This document shows, piece by piece, positions 56,447-64,000 of a stretch of DNA of 64,000 bases. Every line of letters starts with the position of its first letter. Positions within the stretch are counted from its first letter, which is position 1. Both the position numbers and the translations under genes were made by a program. The notes under the pieces were generated by a model that ran no database searches, was not told where the DNA came from, and worked only from the letters and a program-made list of their open reading frames with translations. The DNA is taken from NCBI GenBank assembly GCA_045649105.1, contig JAZRPG010000045.1, positions 4,530 to 68,529 on the forward strand. Direction: 5' to 3'. Source of the DNA: Eubacteriales bacterium (GTDB taxonomy: Bacteria; Bacillota; Clostridia; Oscillospirales; JAAYXM01).

Positions 56447-57376
56447 TTATCCTCTTACACCAAGTTTTTTGGCAAAGGTATCATCGGACATGGCAATTTT
56501 GTTTGCATGAACAATAATTTCTTTTGCCATCGCGTCATTGGCGGACTTCTCTTTTTCGCCGTAATTTGCTTTTCTGTCAAGTATCAATTTGCAGAACGGT
56601 GATTTATTTGCATATTCCCAAAAATATTTTCCGTCTGTCACATCATCATATTGCCACGGTTTTTTGTAAAGCGCATAGTGGACAATATTTTTTTTACCCT
56701 CGCAGACACTTCCTGTAGGCGCTTTATTCCAGCCGTTAGGTAACATATATGTTTTCCCGAAGCAAAGATAATTCAGATATGCCTGGTCAGGGTCAAGCAG
56801 GTCAAAGTCATTTTCGGTTATCAGACTTATGAATTTATTTTCAATGTTATTCTTTCTGAATTGCTCTAAGCTGATAAGCAAAACTCCCGCATTAAAATAT
56901 GTATCAGGATTAACTCCGATTGCTTTTTCTGCATAAAATCTGAATTCTTTTGTGTTGCATACATATTGGTCGGAAACTACGCCCAAAATTTTTTCTCCGA
57001 GGTCGATGTTATACAGCTCGGATATATCTCCAAGTACGACAAGGTCACAATCAAGATATATTATTTTATCGTATTGCGGAAAAAGCGAGGCAATAAAAAG
57101 CCGGTAATATGTTACGATTGAAAAATGATATACATTTTTGAAGCGTGTTTTTATATTTTTTACACTTTCGGAAATATCAACAAATTCAATCTTAAAGCCG
57201 GGACGCTCATTTAGCATGACTTTTTCGATGTTTTCAGTCTGAAGTCCTGTATTCAAAACTATAATTCTGTAGTTATATTCCTCTGAAGCATTGGCAACAA
57301 GCGATGCTATTGCTATGTCAAGATATGGCATATAATTATCATCGGTTGAAAAGAAAACCGGTATCTCTCCACTCAT
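56447..57376 (-). CDS. Glycosyltransferase family 8
   Basis: 309 aa with N-terminal FFSTDDNYMPYL, the DxD motif YLDCDLVVLGD and FNAGVLLI. The stop is 4 nt from the next start. The gene is markedly AT-rich relative to the rest of the window. Confidence 0.85.
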   Translation of the reverse strand: MSGEIPVFFSTDDNYMPYLDIAIASLVANASEEYNYRIIVLNTGLQTENIEKVMLNERPGFKIEFVDISESVKNIKTRFKNVYHFSIVTYYRLFIASLFPQYDKIIYLDCDLVVLGDISELYNIDLGEKILGVVSDQYVCNTKEFRFYAEKAIGVNPDTYFNAGVLLISLEQFRKNNIENKFISLITENDFDLLDPDQAYLNYLCFGKTYMLPNGWNKAPTGSVCEGKKNIVHYALYKKPWQYDDVTDGKYFWEYANKSPFCKLILDRKANYGEKEKSANDAMAKEIIVHANKIAMSDDTFAKKLGVRG

Positions 57377-57418
57377 CCTTTTTTACTCCTTCTGTTTTGC
57401 TTTAAACATTTCAGGAAA

Positions 57419-57447
57419 ATTATACTTATGAAAAACGGCTGAGTAAA
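57419..57447 (-). promoter_or_regulatory. Sigma-A promoter (TTTACT-17-TATAAT) of the GT8-acyltransferase(-degV) operon
   Basis: -35 is at 57442-57447 (rc) and -10 at 57419-57424 (rc). Confidence 0.5.
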
Positions 57448-57534
57448 CCTAAGTATGGGAGATGGCCGTCTACTAACCCGATTCCGTCCCGTAGAGTCAA
57501 AATTCTATGCCTCTACGATTCGGAGAGTTATGGT

Positions 57535-57572
57535 AAAAACGCTCTGTTCCACTTGGAAACAGAGCGTTTTTT
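57535..57572. terminator. Bidirectional terminator after the marR/XRE-TM operon
   Basis: AAAAACGCTCTGTTCC-ACTT-GGAAACAGAGCGTTTTTT, immediately after the stop at 57574. Confidence 0.8.
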
Positions 57573-57573
57573 C

Positions 57574-58176
57574 TTATTTTGTTTTCGGCCTGTTAATAAA
57601 TGACCATAAAATAATCACGATTTGGCCCGCAACGCCTAAAATATAAATAAGCGAGACATCAATACCGAAATAAAGGAATGTAATATGAACCGCAGCAAGA
57701 ACAGACCACATCAGCGCCGAGATAATAATGTAATTATGTCGGGGATTGAACCAGATTGTATTCAGAACCAGTTTCACAATAATAACAGCCGGTAACGCAT
57801 AGATAAAATACAGCCACTGAAAGGTTGTTCCCTTCATAATCAGCGAAGTAATGATAAATGCAAATATTGCAACTATCCAGCCGACACTTTCTGCGATATA
57901 TGAAATGACGCGCCTGTTGTATTGCCCCTTTTCCGTCTTATGTACATTAACCGTTTCTTCCGCACTTTCAGCCCTTACGAGAGAATCCAGTGTGACGCCG
58001 AACAAATCCGCAATCTCAACCAGCACGGAAATATCCGGAGAGGATTCTGCCCTCTCCCACTTGGAAATGGTTTTATCCGAATAGTTAAGCTTCTCCGCAA
58101 GCTCCATTTGCGTCATATTATTGCGCACACGAAGCTCAGTTATATTTTTGGCAACATTGCCCTTTATATCTCCCAT
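57574..58176 (-). CDS. XRE-family HTH regulator fused to a four-TM membrane domain
   Basis: It has the HTH MTQMELAEKLNYSDKTISKWERAES, followed by four hydrophobic helices. The start was set to ATG 58176, with RBS GGAGGA 6 nt upstream. Confidence 0.8.
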   Translation of the reverse strand: MGDIKGNVAKNITELRVRNNMTQMELAEKLNYSDKTISKWERAESSPDISVLVEIADLFGVTLDSLVRAESAEETVNVHKTEKGQYNRRVISYIAESVGWIVAIFAFIITSLIMKGTTFQWLYFIYALPAVIIVKLVLNTIWFNPRHNYIIISALMWSVLAAVHITFLYFGIDVSLIYILGVAGQIVIILWSFINRPKTK

Positions 58177-58232
58177 CACAAATCCTCCGTTACTTAAAAT
58201 GACTCTTGTTTTCATATATTAATATACAATCT

Positions 58233-58682
58233 TTATTTTTCAGCATTCCTCGAAACAACTTCCAGGCTTTCGCTGACAATGGAAAGACAGCGGTAAAACT
58301 CCGCCCGCTCAGCCTCGGTAAGACCGCCGCCGATTGAATCAAGAACACCGCCGATTTTATCCGCAATCCTCTTTCCGGCTTCAATCCCTTTATCTGTCAG
58401 CAGCAACGGTCTTTTGTATCTTTTTGCATTTCCGGGCTTGCGCGCAATAAAGCCGTTTGTTTCAAGATAGTCCAGTGCACGGGAAATCGTTGCCTTATCT
58501 TCCTCACACCGCTCACAAAGGTCTGTTGCGGTTGCGCCTTTTAACGAATAAATATAATAAAGACACGAAACATGCGCGCTCCTCAAATCATATTCCGCCA
58601 TTTCATAATTTTTTATCTTCCTGATATTCCGGCTTATTCTGTTAATCAGAACCGTAAAAGTTTCAAATCTTTCTTGCATCAT
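58233..58682 (-). CDS. MarR family transcriptional regulator
   Basis: 149 aa. The winged-helix region is GATATDLCERCEEDKATISRALDYLETNGFIAR. Confidence 0.88.
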   Translation of the reverse strand: MMQERFETFTVLINRISRNIRKIKNYEMAEYDLRSAHVSCLYYIYSLKGATATDLCERCEEDKATISRALDYLETNGFIARKPGNAKRYKRPLLLTDKGIEAGKRIADKIGGVLDSIGGGLTEAERAEFYRCLSIVSESLEVVSRNAEK

Positions 58683-58699
58683 ACTGCCTCCGCCAAATT

Positions 58700-58755
58700 T
58701 GTTGAAATATCAACATGTTTCAGTGTAGCACATATTTGTTGAAGTGTCAACAAAT
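58700..58755. promoter_or_regulatory. Two MarR-type operators sharing TGTTGA-N4-TCAACA: 58700-58715 and 58734-58755 (the latter ATTTGTTGA-AGTG-TCAACAAAT)
   Basis: Perfect inverted repeats read directly. The second overlaps the -35 and spacer of the marR promoter. The first lies around or just after the predicted TSS. Confidence 0.55.
58722..58750 (-). promoter_or_regulatory. Sigma-A promoter of marR (TTGACA-17-TACACT)
   Basis: -35 is at 58745-58750 (rc) and -10 at 58722-58727 (rc). Confidence 0.5.
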
Positions 58756-58805
58756 ATGAAAACCTCTCTCTGTTTCTGCGATTTACCGAAACAAGTCGGT
58801 GCCGC

Positions 58806-58834
58806 TGGACATGCGGCGATATCGGTAGTATAAT
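58806..58834 (+). promoter_or_regulatory. Sigma-A promoter of azlCD (TGGACA-17-TATAAT)
   Basis: -35 is at 58806-58811 and -10 at 58829-58834. Confidence 0.5.
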
Positions 58835-58871
58835 AATTCCATTCTACTGATGATTAAAATGGTGTATGTAT

Positions 58872-59603
58872 ATGAAAAAGAAATTTGATAAGTCTGTTTT
58901 TAAATACGGAATCCGCGATGGAATACCTATCGGTCTCGGTTATTTCGCCGTGTCCTTTTCATTGGGGATTGCCGCCGCAGGCACGGGGCTCACCCCATTT
59001 CAGGGCTTTCTTATGAGCATTCTTTGCAACGCATCCGCAGGCCAGTATGCCGGCCTTGCAATGATTGCGGCAAACGCATCTTTTTTTGAAACAGCATTTG
59101 CAACAATTGTTACAAATGCGCGTTATCTGCTTATGAGCTGTGCTCTCGGGCAGAAAATGTCGCCGGAAACTCCGCTTCGTCACAGGATGATTATCGGCTT
59201 TGACGTGACAGACGAAATTTTCGGCATTACCGTCTCAAGGCCCGGCGAGATTAATCCCTATTACACCTATGGCGCAATGCTTATCGCAATGCCGCTCTGG
59301 GCGCTTGGTACGATGTTTGGCATAATCGCGGGAAATCTTCTTCCTTCTGCAATCGTCAGCGCATTTTCCGTTGCACTTTACGGAATGTTCATCGCCATTA
59401 TAATCCCGCCCGCAAAAAAGGATAAAATAATCGGATGTCTTATCGCAATAAGCTTTGCGGCAAGCTTTGCTGCATCCAAGCTTCCGTACATATCCGGTTT
59501 TTCGGAAGGGACGAGAACAATTATTCTGACAGTTGTTATATCGGTTTTTGCAGCAATTATATTCCCGAAAAATTTCGAGGTAAAGGATACAAAAGATGAA
59601 TAA
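58872..59603 (+). CDS. azlC: AzlC family branched-chain amino acid exporter subunit
   Basis: A polytopic membrane protein with GIRDGIPIGLGYFAVSFSLG and NARYLLMS motifs. The ATG at 58872 is preferred on RBS spacing; the track start is 58866. Confidence 0.88.
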   Translation: MKKKFDKSVFKYGIRDGIPIGLGYFAVSFSLGIAAAGTGLTPFQGFLMSILCNASAGQYAGLAMIAANASFFETAFATIVTNARYLLMSCALGQKMSPETPLRHRMIIGFDVTDEIFGITVSRPGEINPYYTYGAMLIAMPLWALGTMFGIIAGNLLPSAIVSAFSVALYGMFIAIIIPPAKKDKIIGCLIAISFAASFAASKLPYISGFSEGTRTIILTVVISVFAAIIFPKNFEVKDTKDE

Positions 59604-59901
59604 TGTATATTTTTATATAGCCGCAATGGCGCTCACGACATATACCGTGCGTGTTCTCCCCCTCACCGTTATCCGTCGCCCGATAACGAACAGGTTTTTA
59701 AACTCATTTTTATATTATGTCCCGTATGTGACGCTTGCAGTAATGACCTTTCCCGCAATAGTGAACGCAACAAGAAGCCCGATTGCGGGAGCTGCCGCAT
59801 GCTGCATCGGCATCATAGTCGCAATTCTGGGCTTTGATTTGTTCAAAGTCGCAGTGACCTGCTGCGCTGTTGTTTTTATTGCAGAGCTTTTTCTGATATG
59901 A
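59596..59901 (+). CDS. azlD: AzlD family branched-chain amino acid exporter small subunit
   Basis: A 101-aa hydrophobic protein that overlaps azlC by 8 nt. Confidence 0.85.
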   Translation: MNNVYFYIAAMALTTYTVRVLPLTVIRRPITNRFLNSFLYYVPYVTLAVMTFPAIVNATRSPIAGAAACCIGIIVAILGFDLFKVAVTCCAVVFIAELFLI

Positions 59902-59907
59902 AACCGC

Positions 59908-59942
59908 GGGAGCCTCCTCAGATAAAAGGAGGCTCCCTTTTT
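59908..59942 (+). terminator. Rho-independent terminator of azlCD
   Basis: An 11-bp stem, GGGAGCCTCCT / AGGAGGCTCCC, followed by TTTTT. Confidence 0.85.
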
Positions 59943-59973
59943 GATAATTCGCCTTCCGGAAGTCTCATCTGCA

Positions 59974-60002
59974 TTGACAACAGGATTTCATAATGTTATA
60001 CT
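59974..60002 (+). promoter_or_regulatory. Sigma-A promoter (TTGACA-17-TATACT) of the nucleotidyltransferase-kinase fusion gene
   Basis: -35 is at 59974-59979 and -10 at 59997-60002. Confidence 0.55.
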
Positions 60003-60084
60003 TATTTTACCTATATATTCTGCATTTTTTGTCTAAATACCGCAAAATAAGAAATTTTAAACATCAGTATGGGAGAGTACAACA

Positions 60085-62466
60085 ATGTTAGCTGCAGTAC
60101 TTTTATGTGCCGGAAAGGGCACCCGCATGAATGACGACTCAACGAACAAGGTCTGTTTCCCCTGCGCAGGTATTCCTGTCATAAAAAGAATTATCAATAA
60201 CCTCCGTGCCGGCGGGGTTGACACGTTTGTCATCGTCGTCGGGCACCATGCGCAGGCCGTTATGGAAGCACTCGGCGATGAGCAGGGTGTGATATATGCT
60301 TTCCAGAAAGAGCAGAAAGGAACGGGACATGCCGCGCTCTGCGGACTTTCCGCTCTTAAAAATGCCGGTTTTCACGGCCGCGCCGTCATCTCCATGGGCG
60401 ACAAAATCATTTCTCCCGATGTAATCCGCGGACTTATTACAGCCGACGAGAAGTGCAAGGCTGTATGGGGCGTTCAGCCTCTTTCCGCAAACTATAACGG
60501 CGGCCGCGTCGTCACAGACGGTAAGAAGGCATACGGTGTCGTTGAGCTTGCAGATGCTGCACTTATGTCACTCGCCGGCGTTCCCGAAGCCTCACGCGCC
60601 GGGGTTTTGAAAAACTTGCGGATTAATGAAAAAAAAGCCGAGAAAATCCTTGCAAAGGCAAAAAACGAGAAGCTTTCCGGTGAAATAACATTAGGCGGCA
60701 GAGTTTTTACCGCAGACGATATTCTGAACACGCCGTATGCCAATGCAGGCTTGTACTGTTTTGATGTTGACGCCGCAGTTGACGCTATTTTAAAGTGCGA
60801 CTCGGCAAATGCGCAGGGCGAAATTTATCTTACCGATACGCTCTCCATGTTTGCCGAAAAAGACGAGGCTGTCTTATACGAAGTTTCTGACAAATCGGAC
60901 ATGCTTACCTACAGCACAAAGCCTGAGCTCCGCGCAATATCTTCGTTCTTCTGCCGCTCCGCATCGGAATTTGCAGCTTCAATAACAGACGGAGCCATGG
61001 ACGATAAGTTTAACAGCCTGTACGATGACCCGCAGGAGCAAAAAGCCAGATACCTTAACCTCATTTCATTATTCATGCAAAAATACGGTGATAAAAAAAT
61101 AGTTATAACCCGTGCCCCCGGAAGGGTCAATCTTATGGGCAGACACATTGACCATCGCGGCGGCTCTGTAAATGTAGTTGCAATCAACCGCGATATGGTT
61201 ATGGTCGCCTCCCCGCGTGAGGACGATACCGTAAGAGTCACATACAGCGACGGTGCATACCCCGACAGCACATTTTCCGTGTCCGAGCTGCTGTCGCTTG
61301 CACCGCACGAAAACTGGCTCGATTATCTTGAGTCAGACAAGGTCAAAGAAGCGCTCAGACAGAGTAAAGGCGATGCAACCAACTATGTTAAGTCTGCCAT
61401 TCTCCGTCTCCGGCTTGAGTCAAACATTCCGCTTTGCGGAATGGATATAGTCCTCGGCGGAACAATTCCGATGGCAGTCGGGCTGTCGTCCTCGTCTGCA
61501 ATCGTCGTTGCTGCCGCAGAAGCCGTATGCTTCCTCAATAATTTAAACCTTACGCCCCGCCAGTTTGTTGAGCTTTGCGGCGAGGGCGAGTGGTTTGTAG
61601 GCTCCCGCGGAGGCGCTGCTGACCACGCCGCCATGAAGTGCTGCTCTGAGGGGCATATCACGCATCTTTCGTTCAAGCCGTTCACCATCGGGGAGTCCGT
61701 CCCCTTCTCAGACAAGTTTGCCCTCATTATTGCAAACAGTATGCAAATGGCAAAAAAGTCAGAGGGCTGCAAGGATAAGTATAACGAAAAGGTTGCCGCA
61801 TCGGATATTGCCCTTTTCCTTCTTAAAAAGAAATATCCGGAGTATAATTTAAAGGAATTCCGCGATATTGCAAAAGTCCCCACGCACGCAGAAATTTACG
61901 ACATGCTTCTGTCCCTGCCGGTCAGAATGAGCAGGAGCGAAATTTTCTCTGCGCTTCCCGGGCACAGAGCTTCTCTGGAGCGCATTTTCTCAAACCATTC
62001 CGACCCCGGCTTCTACGCCGTGCGCGGTGTTGCGCTGTTCGGAATTTCCGAATGCATGCGTGCAGAAAAATGCACGGAAGCGCTTAAGGAAAATGACTAT
62101 AAGCTTCTTGGCGACATGATGAAAATCAGCCACTGCGGTGACAGCGTCACAGACACCATGCCCGTTGACGATGAAACAATCCGCCGCCTTTCCCGAAACG
62201 AAACCCCTCTTTATCTGGTTGCCGGCGCGTATGAATGTTCCACAGAGCGGATAGACGGTCTCTGCAATCTGTTAAACTCCTATGACGGCGTGCTCGGAAC
62301 CTCTCTTATCGGCGCAGGACTTGGAGGATGCGTCCTTTCCCTCGTGGAAAAGGATAAGGCAGCCTCTGCCCTCGAAAATATAAAAAAGGACTTTTATCAC
62401 AAGAGCGGGTTTGAAGAATCAGCCGAGGTTTATCTCGCATCAACAGGCTCCGGCGTGATATATTGA
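60085..62466 (+). CDS. Bifunctional protein: GlmU-like sugar-1-phosphate nucleotidylyltransferase (N-terminal) + GHMP-family (galactokinase-like) sugar kinase (C-terminal)
   Basis: 793 aa. The N-terminal part has LLCAGKGTRM, QKGTGHAA and GEIYLTD. The C-terminal part has APGRVNLMGRHIDHRGG (galactokinase signature variant), PMAVGLSSSSAIVVAAAEA (GHMP motif II) and GAGLGGCVLSLV (motif III). Confidence 0.8.
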   Translation: MLAAVLLCAGKGTRMNDDSTNKVCFPCAGIPVIKRIINNLRAGGVDTFVIVVGHHAQAVMEALGDEQGVIYAFQKEQKGTGHAALCGLSALKNAGFHGRAVISMGDKIISPDVIRGLITADEKCKAVWGVQPLSANYNGGRVVTDGKKAYGVVELADAALMSLAGVPEASRAGVLKNLRINEKKAEKILAKAKNEKLSGEITLGGRVFTADDILNTPYANAGLYCFDVDAAVDAILKCDSANAQGEIYLTDTLSMFAEKDEAVLYEVSDKSDMLTYSTKPELRAISSFFCRSASEFAASITDGAMDDKFNSLYDDPQEQKARYLNLISLFMQKYGDKKIVITRAPGRVNLMGRHIDHRGGSVNVVAINRDMVMVASPREDDTVRVTYSDGAYPDSTFSVSELLSLAPHENWLDYLESDKVKEALRQSKGDATNYVKSAILRLRLESNIPLCGMDIVLGGTIPMAVGLSSSSAIVVAAAEAVCFLNNLNLTPRQFVELCGEGEWFVGSRGGAADHAAMKCCSEGHITHLSFKPFTIGESVPFSDKFALIIANSMQMAKKSEGCKDKYNEKVAASDIALFLLKKKYPEYNLKEFRDIAKVPTHAEIYDMLLSLPVRMSRSEIFSALPGHRASLERIFSNHSDPGFYAVRGVALFGISECMRAEKCTEALKENDYKLLGDMMKISHCGDSVTDTMPVDDETIRRLSRNETPLYLVAGAYECSTERIDGLCNLLNSYDGVLGTSLIGAGLGGCVLSLVEKDKAASALENIKKDFYHKSGFEESAEVYLASTGSGVIY

Positions 62467-62527
62467 CCCGTTTTTTTACGCCAATATTTCCCAACAAAAA
62501 AAACTTGATTTTTATTTTTGGAAATGC

Positions 62528-62556
62528 TTGAAATGTAGTTCCATATATGTTATTAT
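62528..62556 (+). promoter_or_regulatory. Candidate sigma-A promoter (TTGAAA-17-TATTAT) of the solute-binding protein gene
   Basis: -35 is at 62528-62533 and -10 at 62551-62556. Confidence 0.4.
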
Positions 62557-62589
62557 TTACTTACTTATTTAGAGGAGGGAATAGAAAAA

Positions 62590-64000
62590 ATGAAACTTAC
62601 AAGAAGAATCATAGCTTTCGCACTTGCGCTTACGCTCCTTCTCGCTCTCGCCGCTTGCACAAAAGATCCTGCAACCAGCGGTGACGACTCTGAAGGCCTT
62701 GAGGGCAAGACAATTTCCATGGCAATCGGAAGCCATCCGAGCTGGCCGTACGAAGAGGGCTGGGAAGTTTGGCAGTACATGAAGGAAGGTTCAGGCGCAA
62801 ACCTCGATATTCGTGCATATCCTAACTCTGACTACAGCACGAAGATTACTCTTATGTTCGCATCCCCTGAAACACTTCCGGACCTTATGTATCTTGACTA
62901 TAAGCCGGGTGTTGACAAGCATGCTGCACAGGGTGCCGTTCGTGCTCTTGATGACTTTGCTGACATCATGCCGAACTACAATGCATACCTTAATTCACTT
63001 CCGGAGGCAGAGCGTGATACTCTCTTACAGGGAAGAAGATACTTAGACGGCAAAGTTTACTTAGCTCCGACCGTTGGTAAGGAGAAAACAAATAACACAC
63101 GTGCATGGCTCTACCGTAAGGACATATTCGAAAAGCACAACTTAAAGACTCCTGAAACAATGGAGGATGTCTACAATGTCGCAAAGCAGCTTAAAGCTCT
63201 CTATCCTGAAAGCTATCCGTTCTGCCTGCGCCAGGGTCTTGATAATATATCCGTAATGGGTTCGTCATGGAAGCCCTATTTTGAAAGAGGTTTCTATTAC
63301 GACTACAATGCTGAGAAGTGGAGCTATGGCGCTACCGAGGACACAATGCTTGAAATAATCAAGTATTTCAAGAAGCTTGTCGATGAAGGACTTGTTCCGT
63401 CTGATTTCCTCACAATCAACTCCGGCTCATGGCAGGAGCTTATAACAACAAGCCGCGGTTTCTTCATGCCCGAGTATCAGGTAAGAATCGACTTCTTTAA
63501 CTCACTCGGAAAAGACATCGACCCGAACTTCAATATATCAGCATTTGTTCCGCCGCATGCTGACAACGGCGTCGGCGTCCCGATGGTTTTGAACAACACA
63601 TTTGTTCACCAGGGCCTGGCTCTCTGTAACACCGGCAACGAGACCCGCATCAGAAATGCTGCAAGATTCCTTGACTGGATGTATTCAGATGAAGCTGTTG
63701 AGCTTCTCAGCTGGGGTAAAGAAGGCGAAACTTACGAGGTTGTAGACGGCAAGAAGCAATACATCCTCGACGAGGCCGGCAACTCTGCACAGGTCCTTTA
63801 CGGTATCCAGTCTAACGGTGCTTATCTCCGTCTTGATCCTGATGCTGCTCTTGCACTCTGCACAGACGACTACGGCGCAGTAGTTGACATGGTTGCTGAG
63901 CACACAATGGATAATGTAAACCCCACAAACTTCCTCTCTTATACTGACGAGGAGTCAAACATCATCGCAGACAAGGGCGCTGCTGTTGATGTTTACGCGC
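62590..64000 (+). CDS. ABC transporter extracellular solute-binding lipoprotein (large carbohydrate-binding type), C-terminally truncated by the window edge
   Basis: It is not in the ORF track because there is no stop in the window. My translation from ATG 62590 (RBS AGAGGAGGG) reads MKLTRRIIAFALALTLLLALAACTKDPATSGDD, with a lipobox LAAC. The frame stays open for 470 codons to the window end, and the composition is typical of family 1 SBPs. Confidence 0.85.
   Translation, partial: MKLTRRIIAFALALTLLLALAACTKDPATSGDDSEGLEGKTISMAIGSHPSWPYEEGWEVWQYMKEGSGANLDIRAYPNSDYSTKITLMFASPETLPDLMYLDYKPGVDKHAAQGAVRALDDFADIMPNYNAYLNSLPEAERDTLLQGRRYLDGKVYLAPTVGKEKTNNTRAWLYRKDIFEKHNLKTPETMEDVYNVAKQLKALYPESYPFCLRQGLDNISVMGSSWKPYFERGFYYDYNAEKWSYGATEDTMLEIIKYFKKLVDEGLVPSDFLTINSGSWQELITTSRGFFMPEYQVRIDFFNSLGKDIDPNFNISAFVPPHADNGVGVPMVLNNTFVHQGLALCNTGNETRIRNAARFLDWMYSDEAVELLSWGKEGETYEVVDGKKQYILDEAGNSAQVLYGIQSNGAYLRLDPDAALALCTDDYGAVVDMVAEHTMDNVNPTNFLSYTDEESNIIADKGAAVDVYA

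Noticed and set aside
57448-57534. 87-nt segment with a CGTAGAG/CTCTACG hairpin between a terminator and the GT8 operon, considered as a riboswitch or leader.
   Set aside because: The best promoter (57419-57447) lies downstream of it, so it would not be part of the leader. It has no recognisable riboswitch core and is too short.
1-64000. Looked for CRISPR arrays, IS or transposase genes, integrases, prophage genes, toxin-antitoxin pairs, and tRNA or rRNA genes.
   Set aside because: No regularly spaced direct repeats, no terminal inverted repeats around an ORF, no recombinase-like ORF and no tRNA-like cloverleaf candidates were found in the intergenic regions. The only ncRNA recognised is the SRP RNA.

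Overview
This 64-kb chromosomal segment comes from a mid-GC, spore-forming Firmicute, probably Clostridia-like. The taxonomic cues are spoVT, a SipW-type (Ser/His) peptidase, a long Bacillus-type SRP RNA directly upstream of dnaX, and ylxR/ylxQ inside the nusA-infB operon. Coding density is very high, with about 62 protein genes and 1 ncRNA. No rRNA, tRNA, CRISPR, IS element or integrase was seen. From 1 to 36.6 kb almost everything is on the minus strand, in long housekeeping operons: (1) dnaX start, SRP RNA, asnA-glnA; (2) radical SAM-rnc-plsX-trmFO-topA-dprA-trmH; (3) lysS-greA; (4) PucR-ftsEX-M23-ctp; (5) rimP-nusA-ylxR-ylxQ-infB-rbfA/nrnA-truB-ribF; (6) ddl-murI; (7) clpB. From 37 to 49.4 kb there is a plus-strand block: msmK-like ATPase, secA, a secreted phosphodiester glycosidase, pepP, mnmA, cysE and a hydrolase. 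From 49.5 to 64 kb the content is more accessory. The most unusual element is a tightly coupled four-gene operon at 49509-52599. It encodes an HPr-kinase-like P-loop protein, a PqqD-type peptide-binding protein, a soluble S26B-type peptidase and an ABC exporter. This is the accessory gene set of Firmicute lasso-peptide clusters, but there is no cyclase, no B2 protease and no visible precursor. It lies next to a divergent Cys-rich DUF1540-like gene and spoVT. Other notable items: (a) an RbfA-DHH/NrnA gene fusion; (b) a GlmU-like nucleotidyltransferase fused to a GHMP sugar kinase; (c) an RHH-domain protein co-transcribed with clpB; (d) an AT-rich GT8 glycosyltransferase-acyltransferase-DegV module; (e) clear XRE-type and MarR-type operator architectures. 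All identifications rest on motif recognition by eye; no database search was run. Several ORF-track starts were moved to internal starts that have better RBS or promoter support.
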